Made by a program: the position numbers and the translations under genes. Under the pieces are notes generated by a model that was not told where the DNA came from, ran no database searches, and was given only the letters and a program-made list of their open reading frames with translations. Below, piece by piece: positions 1 through 13,211 of a stretch of 64,000 nucleotides of DNA. Every line of letters begins with the position of its first letter. Position 1 is the first letter of the stretch. Origin of the DNA: Octopus sinensis (Eukaryota); assembly GCF_006345805.1 (NCBI RefSeq), contig NC_043011.1:39072464-39136463 (forward strand), given 5' to 3'.

Positions 1-294
1 TATATATATGTATATATATTATATATGTCTGTATGTGTGTTGATAAATGTGGATGTATATAAATATGTGTGTATGACTGCTAGATGCATTAAAAATTTTG
101 TATGTGTGTGGATGATGTGTCTGTGTGTGTGATGATAGTATAATATGTGTGTGTTTGCGTGTCTGTGTAACTGTTAGATGCATTAAATATTGTATGGAGA
201 TTATGATCATAATGATTATGTTAATATAAATGTGTGTGTGTGTATAACTGCCAGATTATTATGTATGAATGCATTAGTTTTACGTGTATGTATG

Positions 295-357
<63 letters not shown>

Positions 358-1589
358 TATTAACTGCTATATAAATATGTGTGTATCCAGGGGTTGTGGA
401 TATGTATGTGTTTGTGTGTGTAGAAGTGTATACCTCTCTATATAGGTGTTTGCCGTTAACTGCTATATATGTATGTATGTATGTATGTGTATAACTACCA
501 GTTGTATAAAACACTATTGTGTATATGTGTGTGCATGCGTGTGTGTATGTATGTATGTGTACACACATACAGACACAATGGTGGTGGCTCTGTGCATGTA
601 TGTATTGTGTGTGTGTGTATGTACATAGTTGTGGTTGTACATATATATACGTGAGTGTATCCTTTTTTTCTAATGCTTTTATTTTAAAATATTCTTCTCG
701 TTTAATGTAAAAACAATGTTTATTTACTCTCTGTAGAAATACATAGTAAAAATCGGAGTGTGTGTGTGTGTGTTGTATGTGTGTATATGTTGTATGTGTA
801 TGTGCCAAGTTGTATAAAGGAGACAGGGAGTTAACAATATTTTGAAATGTGGAAAAAAATAAAAGCGCATAAAAAAATATTTACAAGAAACAGCAATTTA
901 TATATATGTATGCATGTATGTATATTCAGTACAGATGTATATATATATATATTTATTTCTTTGTGTGTATAATGTATTTTTTCCTGTGTTTGTATTTGCC
1001 TGTATTGCAAATGGTTTTGTTACGATTCCTGCACTGGGCAAGAATTAGGTCAGAAATCTTTCATGATCGATGTTGTGTTCTTTGTCTTTGCCCTTCTTCA
1101 AACAATGGTGGTTGGCCATATTGGCTTTTCCCCCTGCCTCCACTTTCCCCTATATTGAAGGTGGGTTATTTGCCCAGGCATTTCCTGTCTGTAAGGCAAA
1201 TGAACATACAATTTTTTGCTTACCTGTAAAGGCGACCTGCATATTTTTGACTGTTGGCATATTATGTATATAAATAAGGACACAGAGAGTTTTTTTTTAC
1301 ATGCATTTCTACACAGAGTTCACACTGGTTCAATGTAAAAAGTGCTGGTGATGGTGCCACGTAAAAAGCACCAAATCTGGTACTATGCAAAAAGCATCTG
1401 GTGCACTCTGTAAAGTGGTTGGCATTGGGAAGAGCATCCAGCTGTAGAAACCAAACCAAAACAGATTATGGAACCTACTGCAGCTTCTGGCTTTGCAAGC
1501 ATGGAAAACAGATTTTGATGATGATCTGTATGTCCTGATCTGTACATAGAGGAATCTGTATATATGAATTATATATAGGTTTATGTATG

Positions 1590-1980
1590 TTCTTTGTGCA
1601 ATGATTGTGAGTTACCCGTGGTTGTATTTCATATCCAACCAATGTCAATGCTTTAAAACTGGGATATGTAGTGGTACTTGTGTGATTCAGGAGAGTCACT
1701 TTAGACTGTTTGGTCATATTGCTCGGTTTTTGTTCCCTGTTGGATCCTGTGTATTGTGTTCTTGTCTCTGGGGATCCGGCTCTGGGAGTGATGGCTCCTG
1801 TCGGTTGGCCACATGCCTCGTGGTCATGGCAAATGAGGAAGTATCTCACAGAGTTGGGAACTAATTGGAGTACTGCTCAGAGGGTTCCCTTGGATGACCT
1901 GAGCAAATATCAATAAATGGTGGTCACAGTGACGTGTTACGATGCCCCCTCCCCAACCATCTGACCTGACTTGACTTCAC
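1590..1980 (+). mobile_element. RTE-clade LINE 3' end (ORF C-terminus remnant)
   Basis: Translated remnants ESHFRLFGHIARF and DPVYCVLVSGDP...WSWQMRKYLTELGTNW resemble RTE ORF C-termini; frameshifted; short (CTGAC)n tail. Confidence 0.65.
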
Positions 1981-2042
1981 CTTCGTACAAACATAAATGT
2001 TTGCATACTACACACACACTCAAATTATGATAATAATAATAA

Positions 2043-2520
2043 TTTCTGCTAGAGGCACAAGGCCTGAAATTTTGGGAGAGGAGGATAGTTGATTGCATCT
2101 ACCCCAATACACAACTGGTACTTATTCTATTGATCCCAGGAATGCTGGAGAGCAAAGTCAACCTCGGTGGAATTTGAACTCAGAATGTAAGGATGGACGA
2201 AATGCTGCTTATCATTTTGCCCGGCGTGCTAATGATTCTGCCAGCTCTCTGTCTTAGTAATAACAATGATGATGATAATAATAATAATGATAATAATAAT
2301 GATCCTTTCTACTAATGGCACAAGGCCTTAAATTTTTGGGAGAGGGAACTAGTCGATTACATTGACTCCAGTGTTTCACTGGTACTTAATTTATCGACCC
2401 TGAAAAGAATGAAAGGCCAAGTCAACCTTGGTGGAATTTGATCTCAGAACATAAAGACAAACGAAATGCTGCTAAGCATTTTGCCTGGTTTGCTAACAAT
2501 TCTGCCAACTCACCACCTTA
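2043..2520 (-). mobile_element. Two tandem Nin/Deu-domain-like SINEs (family S3)
   Basis: Reverse complement of the GTCGACTTTGCCTTTCATCC...GGGTCGATAAATTAAGTACCAG-type central motif with an (ATT)n tail. Confidence 0.7.
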
Positions 2521-2684
2521 ATGATAATAATAAAATAATAATAATAATGATGATGATATTTATTAGATTTATATGTAAACTTAAGCAGTAGACTTACATG
2601 GCAAACCCACCTATCTTTCTGTAAGTTAAAAAAGAAGTGATAAACAAGACTTAATTTGTTTTGACCCTTTTTGGCCACTTTGTT

Positions 2685-2940
2685 TAATTTTCCGAGTTAG
2701 ACCCTGCTTACTGTGTCTTCTTTACTGAGGATCTGGTTGGGCTCAAGGTTCATGTTGATCGACCAATGCCACATGGTCACAGCTGATGAAGAGGTATCTC
2801 ACAGAGATGGGGACTAGTTGGGACCCTGCTGAACAATTTGTCCAGCAGGACTCGGGAATATATCAACAATCAATAAACGATGACTGCAGCTATGCACCGT
2901 AACAATGCATGCTTTCCCCACACTTGACCATACCTAATTG
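2685..2940 (+). mobile_element. Second, more decayed copy of the same RTE 3' end
   Basis: Colinear with 1730-1980, for example GAGGTATCTCACAGAGATGGGGACTAGTTGG. Confidence 0.6.
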
Positions 2941-4191
2941 GGATCTCATAAGAGGTGTCTACATCATTTGACCAGTCTCAGAGAAACAACCGGCCAATCT
3001 GTTTATATGCACATCAACTCTAGTGACCTGGAATTACTAATTTGCATATTACAAGTAATATGTGCAATACATATTGTGTGTACAAGTTTTGCCGTTGCAA
3101 AGTGGACATGTGTCTTTGCCAGTTTGCAAAGTTGATGGTCAAGCATTGTCTACATGTTCAATGGACATACAGGCTTTATTTATATCTAAGGTGCGCACGC
3201 TTTGCTCACATGCTTACATGTACAATTGGTATAGTATGCCTACATGTAAACTGGACATCTTATAGTTTGCCTGTAGGGAAGGACACATTGGCTAGTGTAA
3301 CCCTAGGTATGCTTATGTTTGAGGCAGGGGAAACACAATGGCAGTGCCTTTGATCATAAGACTTTTTAATTTATGCTGACCTGGATGGTGTTGATGGGGG
3401 GGGGGGTTAAGCCAGAAGTAAACTACTACTACTACTGCTGCTATTATACTACCATCACCACTATCACTACTACTACTACTAACTACTACTACTACTACTA
3501 CTACTACCATTATTGTTACTTCTGCAATTAGTACTACCGCTGCAACTGCAACAACCACAACCGTTGCAACCCCCACCACCAATACTGTCACCATTTCCAA
3601 CCAACACCTCCACCACAACTGCCTACATCACTATCACCACCTACATACAACTCTACCTTCTACGTCCCATCACCACCACCACCACCACTGTCTTCACCAC
3701 GACCAACATTCTTACTGCCACCACTGCCTACACTACTACCAACTAAACTTCACCACCACCACCACCGCCGCCGCCCATATCACCACCATTATGTAAAGCA
3801 GTCCTGTGTAGGAACAATTGCTCATCTTCCAGCTGAAGTCTCGCATGTAATTTGATGAAGCCTTAATCTCTTCAAGTCTTTATTGTAGCATATTTGTCTG
3901 CAGCAAACAGCACTCCTCACATACATTAGCAGTCATTGTTGTTTTTGTTGTGTGTTTATTGTGTACAGGAAGGGTGTGTGTGTATATATATATATATATA
4001 TGTATGTATGTGTGTGTGTGTATGTATACACACATCATACATTAATCCACATGTATATCCATTCATACCTACCCTCACACCTTATATATGCACACACATA
4101 ATACCTATATATATACATGCATACACACATGTACATGCATATATATCATACATTAATATATGCATGCTTCCATTCATGTCTACACACACTT

Positions 4192-4222
<31 letters not shown>

Positions 4223-4480
4223 CATATACAAACACAAGCTTGTGTGTATATTTGCCAATATGTTCACATAAAGAGACTCATAAAAATGTTTACCCATATA
4301 GTACCACACGCAGACACACACACACACACACAAAATCACCTCAAAGTCACATGCACACACATTCATAATTTTCTGTTTTTTATTGTTAAAACAATAATTA
4401 TTATTACTATTATCTCTTTTTTGCTGAAATTTGCAACTTGAATCCTTGTATATATATATATATTCATTTATATTTATATT

Positions 4481-4507
4481 TGTTTTTCTTTTTTGTTTCA
4501 GGTAAGA
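4481..4507 (+). promoter_or_regulatory. Candidate recursive splice site (3' acceptor fused to 5' donor)
   Basis: TGTTTTTCTTTTTTGTTTCAG|GTAAGA: a 20-nt pyrimidine-rich tract plus CAG, directly followed by GTAAG. Confidence 0.35.
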
Positions 4508-4842
4508 ATGAAATTTTATCGAGTTTCTAAACACTTTGGAAGGAGGCAGAGTTGAATGGGAATATGAGAGGTAAAGTAAAAAAAAACGAAAAAAACAAAT
4601 AAAAGCTCTACGGCTGCATATTTGTAGGGTTGTTGTTCTAGATGCAAAACCTTCAGTTAGCATTTTATTGGTGAGTTCTCTATTACGTATTTGATTACCT
4701 TGTTGATACCACTGGAATGAATGACAAGCTAAAGGGAAAAGAAAAAAAAATCCTCATTCATTTGACTGCTGAAAGCTTTTGTGAGTGGATTTAGTAGATG
4801 AGAACTGAAAGTAAGCGCCAGTTGTCTGTGTTTCTGCTCCAC

Positions 4843-5143
4843 TTTTACTCTTTACTCTTTTACTTTTTTTTACTTGTTTCAGTCATTTGACTGCAGCCAT
4901 GCTGGAGCACCGCCTTTGGTCGAAGGGGGACAAACACAGACACACAAACATATACACACATATATAAATACATATATATGATGGGCTTCTTTCAGTTTCC
5001 GTCTACCAAATCCACCCACAAGGCTTTGGTCGGCCCGAGGCTATAGTAGAGGACACTTGCTCAAGGTGTCACACGGTGGGAATGAACCCGGAATCATGTG
5101 GTTGGTAAGCAAGCTACTTACCACACAGCCACTCCTGCGCCTA
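4843..5143 (-). mobile_element. tRNA-derived CORE-like SINE (family S1)
   Basis: Head TAGGCGCAGGAGTGGCTGTGTGGTAAG, a CORE-like CCTTGRGCAAGTG segment, a central microsatellite and an (AGTAAAAG)n tail. Many copies in this window. Confidence 0.85.
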
Positions 5144-5364
5144 CATACATATGTGCACATGAATACGTGTGTGTGTGTGTGTATTAATCAAAGGTAAAAA
5201 AACGTGCTATCATTATACAGACACACACACACAGACCTGCATACATGCACATATCCATACATACACTCACATACTTCCTTCTCTTGCACTCTCCTGTCTT
5301 TGAAAGAATTTCCTCACCCATTCCCTTCCAGTCATTCAATATGTGACTGCGTGTGTATCGTTGG

Positions 5365-5543
5365 CGATTTTTTTTTTTACCGCCGTCTTCCTTTCCTTGG
5401 TTCTTTCCTTTTCCTATGTTTCTGACGAAGAGCTCTGCTCGAAACGTTAAATCCTCCTTCTTTCCTTTCCTGAGCGTCCAATAACACTATACTTGTTCCA
5501 CGTCCTCGCGTTGTGTTTTCTCTTTGTGTTTTCATGTTTGGAT

Positions 5544-5548
<5 letters not shown>
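5365..5548 (+). mobile_element. Penelope-like terminal-repeat fragment with minimal hammerhead (family A, copy 1)
   Basis: UUU CUGACGA A GAGC UCU GCUC GAAA CGUU AAA at 5419-5451 has an intact core, a 4-bp stem II and a palindromic ACGU stem III. The fragment ends directly in (TA)n and has a second copy at 9400-9582. Confidence 0.7.
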
Positions 5549-5579
<31 letters not shown>

Positions 5580-5582
<3 letters not shown>

Positions 5583-5690
5583 AAACAAATACGTCTGTAT
5601 AAACAATGAAATCAAAGATGAAAAAATGTAATGGGTGTACATGCATATTTCCAGAATTATTGCCTTTTCATCAGTACCACATCTAATCCA
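5580..5690 (-). mobile_element. Decayed hammerhead-bearing Penelope-like fragment
   Basis: Minus strand: UGGUA CUGAUGA AAAGGCAAUAAUUCUG GAAA UAUGCAUGUA CACCC. Core motifs and a near-palindromic stem III are present, but stems I and II pair poorly. The tail runs into the same (TA)n tract as the family A copy. Confidence 0.4.
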
Positions 5691-7450
5691 TCAATGCTGA
5701 ATCCTTGCCAACAATTAATTTATATATATATTAGGCACAGGAGTAACTGAGTGCTAAGAAGTTTGCTTTTGAACCACATGGTTCCAGGTTCAGTCCCATT
5801 GTGTGACATTTTGGGCTTGTGGTTGGAGCTGGTGGACAGAAACTGAAAGAAGCATGTTGTGTTTGTGTGTATATGTGTTTGAGTTTGTTCCCTCCATTAC
5901 TTGACAACCGGTATTGGTGTTTCAGGATGGCTGCATCCTAAAGGATGGAACTGGTAAAAACTAAGTGATAAAATATATAGAATACATGTGTGTGTGTGTG
6001 GAATATATATGTATATATTTAAATGAGGTTATTAACCCCCATGAAAGATCATGGGGGTCTTATGGCAAATCGAATCGATAATTTTAACATTGCATGGTGG
6101 AGTGGGGTGTCTGATAAGTTCTGAATCATGTTTGCCGTCTCTCTCCCGAGCAGACTATTAATATCTGTTACAAATCATGCTGCACGGCATGCAATATAGA
6201 TTCCACAGCAAGCGCGTGGAGGGAAATTACACAAAACGCCATACAGCATGTGAATTAACTAGAGAATCGTTTTTAACCTTGCTCTACATTTCTTTCCCTC
6301 CTTTCTTTGCCCTTCCACTCTCTCCCCCCCTCCCACTTTCTTTCACCTTCACTCTCACACTTGCCCCTCCCACACTACTCTCTCTTGCTATATCTCATAC
6401 TTCTTCACTACAGTCTCTCTGGTGGCTCACAAGGTCTGATGGAGTACATTAACTGGTATTACTGTCATCGCTTCATAAAGCACTTGTTTTTCTTTCCTCT
6501 TTTTCTTTTTGTGTAGTTTTGTTCCAACAACTTGTTTGCTTGTAACCTCCACACACCATCATTTCCTCTTCATATTATTATAAATTTTATTATTATTACT
6601 ACTACTACTACTACTAGTGTTGTTGTTGTTATTATTACATTAGGAATTTTCCTCTGGAAATTCATTTCCAAATTCTTCGACGTTTCTGGCTTATAATCTT
6701 ATCATCTGTAAAATTGTTCCACCAAGTTGAAGAATTGCACTGCAATTCTCCAGACATTCTAGCAGTTTATGATCCAATTTAAAACAGTTCCCAGTCACCA
6801 TCACCTCCACCCCCACCTGCCCCTGCTGCTGGTTCTCCCCCTCCCCTATTGTGTAGTTTAATTCTTTTTATTAACTTTTTTTTTTCTTATTTCACACCTC
6901 TGGTTTTATGAATTTTTTTTATTGTTCTGACTTTTTGTTTTTGTTGCTGCAGAAAAAAAAAAAAACCCAAAAACTCTTGTCAGGTTATTGTTAAGGTTGT
7001 TTATCATTAGGACAGTTGTTCTCGATCAAGCAGACCTATAACCAAAACCCATTCCTACCAATGACCATCCAGTCTTATTTGCAGGAAGACCACACTTCAA
7101 ATGAGTGACGGAAATCAGCATAGAGTGTATTTGTATGTTATGTATGGTGGTTGATATTGTAGCTCTGACATGGGGCCTTCTTTCTGTCTGTTCCAACTAG
7201 CAATAAACATGTTTACTAATCATACCTGGTTACACAAAGTTTTACCTGTTCTATGTTAAACCTGGCCAGATCCAGCTTCTCATACCTACCCTACAATGTC
7301 ATTCCCAATATAAACAATCGTATCTTCAAAGTCATGATGATATAAACTAATGCAAGATTAATTCAAAACAATGTGAATAAATAAGAATTATATTCGACTA
7401 AGTAATTTGAAAGCTAAAGGGTTAAAGTTTTTTGTTCTTAAATCGAAATA

Positions 7451-7858
7451 AGGAGTGACTGTGTGGTAAGTAGCTTGCTCACCAACCACATGGTTCCGGG
7501 TTCATTCCCACTGTGTGGCACCTTGGGCAAGTGTCTTCTACTATAGCTTCGGGCTGATCAAAGCCTTGTGAGTAGATTTGGTAGACGGAAACTGAAAGAA
7601 GCCAATCGTATATGTATATATATGTGTGTGTGTATGTTCGTGCGTTTGTGTTTGTCCCCATCCAACATCACTTGACAACTGATGCTGGCGTGTTTGCGTT
7701 CCCGTAACGTTAGCGGTTTGGCAAAAGTGACCGATAGAATAAGTACTAGGCTTACAAAGAATAAGTCCTGGGGTCGATTTGCTCAACTAAAGGTGGTGCT
7801 CCAGCACAGCTGCAGTCAAATGACTGAAACAAGCAAAAGTGTAAAAGAGTAAAGAGTA
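7451..7858 (+). mobile_element. SINE S1, near full length
   Basis: Same head, core and tail as 4843-5143. Confidence 0.85.
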
Positions 7859-8109
7859 TACCTACCGTCCTGAGTTTAACTAAATTTGTTCAAACCCTTT
7901 AACATTTAACCTTTTAAGCCAGGGCTGTGGAGTCGAAACAAAAGACTCTGACTCCTCTACTATTGGCACCTCTGACTCTGACTTCTCTTTATGTAATTAA
8001 GTGATTGTGGTCTACATATCTCATAAAGCTTATGTATATGCTTGTCCTTTGAGTAGGCCTATATCTTATAACTGGTTTATATTAAATAATAAAGATGTTG
8101 TGAGTCGGT

Positions 8110-8480
8110 GGAAGCACTCCGTCGGTTACGACGACGAGGGTTCCGGTTGATCCGAATCAACGGAACAGCCGGCTCGTGAAATTAACGTGTAATGTGGCTG
8201 AGCACTCCACAGACACGTGTACCCTTAACTTAGTTCTCAGGGATATTCAGCGTGACACAGAGAGTGACAAGGCCGGCCCTTTGAAATACAGGTACAACGG
8301 AAACAGGAAGTAAGAGTGAGAGAAAGTTGTGGTGAAAGAGTACAGCAGGGATCACCACCATCCCCTTCCGGAGCCTCGTGGAGCTTTAGGTGTTTTCGCT
8401 CAATAAACACTCACAATGCCCGGTCTGGGAATCGAAACCGCGAGTCCGCTGCCCTAACCACTGGGCCATTGCGCCTCCAC
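8110..8480 (-). mobile_element. Full-length tRNA-derived SINE (family S2) with 11-bp TSD
   Basis: tRNA-like head with A box (TGGCCCAGTGGTTAGG) and B box (GGTTTCGATTCC) on the minus strand. TSD TGTGAGTCGGT at 8099-8109 and 8481-8491. Confidence 0.9.
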
Positions 8481-9185
8481 TGTGAGTCGGTACAGTTTTA
8501 CTGGCTCTGACATTATTTCATGATTCCAAGATTTCAATGGTTTTATTGTTTATTTTTAAAATGATATCATAAGGTAGCTATGAAAGACCATACCTGTCCA
8601 CTTTGACAATAAAACAGGTGAATCATTTTGGCCAGATATGTCCAGTTTAAACCCTAAAGGGTTAAAACCAGCCAAACCTGGCACCAAATACTTCTATCTG
8701 TTTAACCCATAGCAAATTTCTATTGAAATGTACGAATTTGGTTCTAATTAATTTTGAAAATGATTAAGAATTTAGTAAAATAATTTTGTTGTAATTGGTT
8801 TGGGGTCTGCACATAAATTAACATGATGGTTTGATGGAGAGTCTTGATTAAAGTCACTTTTAAAAACAGGATGTTTGCATCATTACCATCAGTGGTGGTC
8901 TCGAGTGGATTGGTTTCAGGATTGTTAATATTTAAACTGGTGAGAACCAGCTATGAGATAATGCATGATTAATTCATAACAGTATGAAGGTGTGGCTGTG
9001 TGGTAAGAAGTTTGCTTCCCAGCCACATGGTTCTGGGTTCAGACTCACTTGACCACAGGTTCCTGGGTTCAGATCCGCTGCATGGCACCTTCAGCAAGTC
9101 ATTTTTTTCTATAGCCTTAACTTGACCAAACCTTTGTGACTGGACTTCGTAGATGGAATCTGAAAAAAGTCTGTTGTATGATATA

Positions 9186-9236
<51 letters not shown>

Positions 9237-9273
9237 ATGTGTGTGTGTGTGTATATATGTGTATGTGTGTGTG

Positions 9274-9312
<39 letters not shown>

Positions 9313-9399
9313 GTGTGTGTGTGTGTATATATGTGTGTGTGTGGTGTGTGTGTATATATGTGTGTGTATATATATATATGTGTATGTATGTATATCATT

Positions 9400-9582
9400 G
9401 GTGATTTTCTTTCTCCATCTTCCCTTCCTTGGACCTTTCCTTTTTCTGTGTTTCTGACAAAGGGCTCCGCTCGAAACGTTAAATCCTCCTTCTTCCCTTT
9501 CCTGAGCGTCCAATAACACTATACTTGTTCCACGTCCTCGCGTTGTTGTGATTTCTCTTTGTTCATGTTTGGAGTAACTGTA
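9400..9582 (+). mobile_element. Penelope-like fragment (family A, copy 2), hammerhead core mutated
   Basis: Colinear with 5365-5548. The core reads CUGACAA (G8 to A) AGGGC UCC GCUC GAAA CGUU. It ends in (TA)n and sits within the central microsatellite of a SINE. Confidence 0.7.
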
Positions 9583-9584
9583 TA

Positions 9585-10490
9585 ATATATATATATATAT
9601 TATATATATATATATATATTGTGTGTGTGTAATATATATGTGTGGTGTGTATATATATGTGTGTGTGTGTATATATATGTGTGTGTGTGTATATATATGT
9701 GTGTGTGTGTATATAATGTGTGTATATATATGTGTGTGTGTGTGTATATATATGTGTGTGTGTGTGTATATATATGTGTGTGTGTGTATAATATATGTTG
9801 TGGTGTGTATATATATGTGTGTGTGTGTATAAGTGTGTGTGGTATATATATGTGTGTGTGTGTATATATAGTGTGTGTGTGTATATTATGGTGTGTGTGT
9901 GTATAATATATGGGTGTGTGTGTGGTAATAATATGTGTGGTTGTGTGTATATATATATGTGTGTGTGTGTGTGTGTATTATATGTGGTGTGTGTTGTGTG
10001 TGTATATATATATATGTGTGTGTGTGTGTATAGTGTGTGTGTGGTGTGTGTGTATATATATATGTGTGTGTGTGTGTGTATATATATGTGTGGTGTGTAT
10101 ATATATGTGTGTGTGGTATATATATATGTGTGTGTGTGTATATATATGTGTGTGTGTGGTTGTATATATGTGGTGTGTGTGGTGTTTGTATATATATGTT
10201 GTGTGTTGTGTGTATATATATGTGTGTGTGGTGGGTATATATGTGTGTGTGTGTATATATATGTGTGTGTGTGGTGTATATATGTGTGTGTGTGTATATA
10301 TATGTGTGTGTGGTATATATAATGTGTGGGTGTGGTATATATATGTGTGTGTATATATATTGTGTGTGTGTGTATATATATGTGGTGTGTGTGTATATAT
10401 TAGTGTGTGTTTTGTGTGGGTGATATGTGTGTGTGTGTGTGTGGTGTGTATATATATGTGTGTGTGTGTATATATATAATGTGTGTGTGT
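9585..10490. repeat. Compound (TG)n/(TA)n microsatellite
   Basis: Read directly; it produces the spurious V/C/Y/I ORFs in the track. Confidence 0.95.
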
Positions 10491-11224
10491 GACTTTGTGT
10501 CTGTTTGTCCCACACCACTGCTTAACAACCGGTGTTGGTTTGTTTATGTCCCCCGTAACTTAGCGGTTTGGTAGAAGAGACTGATAAAATAAGTACCTGG
10601 CTTAACAGGGTGGGGGTGGGGAGACTGATATGGGATTCATTCAACTAAAATTTCTTCTAAGTAGTGCCCCCCCGTATGGCTGCAGTCAAATGAGTGACAG
10701 AAGTCAAAAGGTAGAAGATATATAAACTTATTTTTGACAGGATAATCTGAATGGCAAAGGGATTAATGTGCTAAGTGTATCTTGACAGTTTGAAGATAGT
10801 TTGGGTGTCATTTGAAGGAGGAGAATTGACTGTTGTTTCTAGTAGGCCACGACATTGTCACAGCTGACCATCATCGATGTGTCTGGTGTGTGTGTGTGAG
10901 TGGGGGGGTGGATTTAGAGAAGAAATGATTTGTAAAAGATCTGATATATCTTTCCATGTTTTATTCTTAGAGAAAAAACGTCCATCTGTGCATGGTTCCA
11001 GCTTGTCTCTTTTATCAAAGTGCACACTGTTGGTTGGCTGACATAAATCATGTCCTGGACTGTTATAGACACGGACACACGGACGCACACACATTGATAA
11101 ATGCTCTCTCTTGACATGTGAATTTGAAGATGTACATCTTCACACACATGCATACAGAATCGCACACACATACACTTCTTGCCTTCTTGCACACAGACCC
11201 ACTTTGCACACACACCCACTTTGC

Positions 11225-11620
11225 ACGCACATATTAAAACCTACATTTTCACACATGCACATGTAATTGTACACATATTCACAAATAAATTTCCACTCAT
11301 TTTACGTGTGCATATTAAAATCTGCATTTTCACACATGCATAATTGTACACACTCGCATTATACATGCGTTTTAAGATATGCATTTTCGCATATAACATG
11401 CATACGTAATTGTACTCACTTTACATGCACATATTATTGATTGCATTTTCACACATGCATACATAATTACACGCACACATATATATATGTAATTATGTAT
11501 ACACAAAAACACTCACTTTGTACATGCATTTTAAGACAGGCATTTTCACATATAACATGCATACATAATTGTATATGCATGCTCATACATACGGACAGAT
11601 AAATGCACTCACTTTGCCTT
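11225..11620. repeat. Degenerate minisatellite
   Basis: Recurring GCATTTTCACACATGCATA..TAATTGTACAC units. Confidence 0.7.
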
Positions 11621-12992
11621 TGCATTGTTAGATTCAAATTTTTGTATGCTCTTTTTCCTTCTTTCTTCCTCTCACCCTCTCTCTCTGGCCAGATAGCCAT
11701 GTACCTGTATAGCAAGACACCTGTTTCTGCCTCTCCGTCTCACTCTAACCCTTCATTATCTGACACAAGATCCCCTCCTCCAATGTCCCCTGCCCCCTCA
11801 AAATTCTTTGTTCTGAAAGTTATTTGGTGGCCCTGCTGGTGCTGGTGCCACGTAAAAAGCATCCAGTCCACACTGTGTAAGGTGGTTAGTGTTTGGAAGG
11901 GAATCCAGCTGTAAAAGCCTTGCTAAAACTGACCTCGCATGTGCTGGTGCCACGTAAAAACCACTCAGTCCACTCTGCAGGGTTGTTGGTGTTAGGAAGG
12001 GCATCCAGCTTTAAAAACCTTTCCGAAACAGTCACAGTAGTCTGCGGTATTCTTCTGCCTGGCCGCTCCTGTCAAACTGTCCACCCCATGGAAGGTGGAG
12101 GTTAAATGATGATGATGATGATGTACACATGTTCGTGTGTACATTCAAACATGGTTATACATGAATACACTTACTTACAGGCACCTACTCACATGTGCTC
12201 ACAAGCTTACATACACCTACTCGTGTAGCCCCGCCCCCACATACACACACTTCATGCTCCTACATGACCCCATGTTCACATTAATTAACTCACAAACAAT
12301 TCAAAATTACTCACACTCAGAGATTGCCATACCCTCACATACTCATAAACACAACACACATACACACACACACACTTGTATACCTGCACTCTCTATTACA
12401 TACCTCCGATCTGACATACTCAAACTCATTCACACACAATCTCTTACATAGACACACTCTCTAACACAGATGTGCATGCGCACACACCCACACAAGTATC
12501 ACTTACTCAAAGACACACTTATACATAGACAGATGTAGACATACTTAGACACACTTATACATAGACATACTCTCCTACACAGATGTGCATGCATGCACAC
12601 CCACATATACATCACTTATACGTTGTGCAGAAACCAACATATATATAGGATATGCATACATGCAATCATAAATGCATGCAAACCCACACACACGTACTTG
12701 TTGCTGACACAAGTATGTTTGAAAGATATTTGAGATGTTAACAAGTTTGTATTTACCTCAATAACTGCTTAATATTTCTAATCCACGTGTGTGTGTGTGG
12801 TGTTAGTATATATATCATCATCGTCATCTAATGTCCGTTGTCCCTGCTGGCATGGGTTGGACAGTTCGACTAAGGCTGGTAAGCTGAGGTGCTGCATCAG
12901 ACTCCAGTCTGATTTGGCATGGTTTCTACTGTTGGATGCCCTTCGTAATACCATATATATATATATATTATAGATATATAGATATAGATTTA

Positions 12993-13148
12993 TTTATTTA
13001 AAGCAGCAGAAAATCAGCAAAACCTGTTACTCAGAGTAACAGGTTTTGTTGAATTTTCTGCTGCTTTAAATAAAGCATATTACTCTACCACTGGTATTTG
13101 AGTACTCTTTTTTCCACCTTGTTTCACATTATGTGTTTACTTCCGGTA
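12993..13148 (+). mobile_element. Snap-back (palindromic) fragment, probably Penelope-like tail
   Basis: 40/41-nt arms (12993-13032 and 13034-13074) with a 1-nt centre, one indel and one G-U pair. The right arm continues to a (TA)n tract. Confidence 0.5.
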
Positions 13149-13151
13149 TAT

Positions 13152-13204
<53 letters not shown>

Positions 13205-13211
13205 TATATAT

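Noticed and set aside
1190-1265. Minus-strand donor after MPTVKNMQVAFT and a nearby acceptor
   Set aside because: The implied intron is only about 35 nt and the peptides have no recognisable similarity.
6662-6757. Minus-strand 31-aa ORF ending KIISQKRRRIWK, resembling homeodomain helix 3
   Set aside because: It lacks the invariant W48, F49 and N51 residues and has no helix 1/2 exon nearby; probably chance.
19-10518. Long ORFs rich in Y/I/C/V/H/T (also at 18525-19165, 26021-26887, 34313-35108 and 49961-50495)
   Set aside because: They are translations of (TA)n/(TG)n/(CA)n microsatellites, which lack stop codons in some frames.
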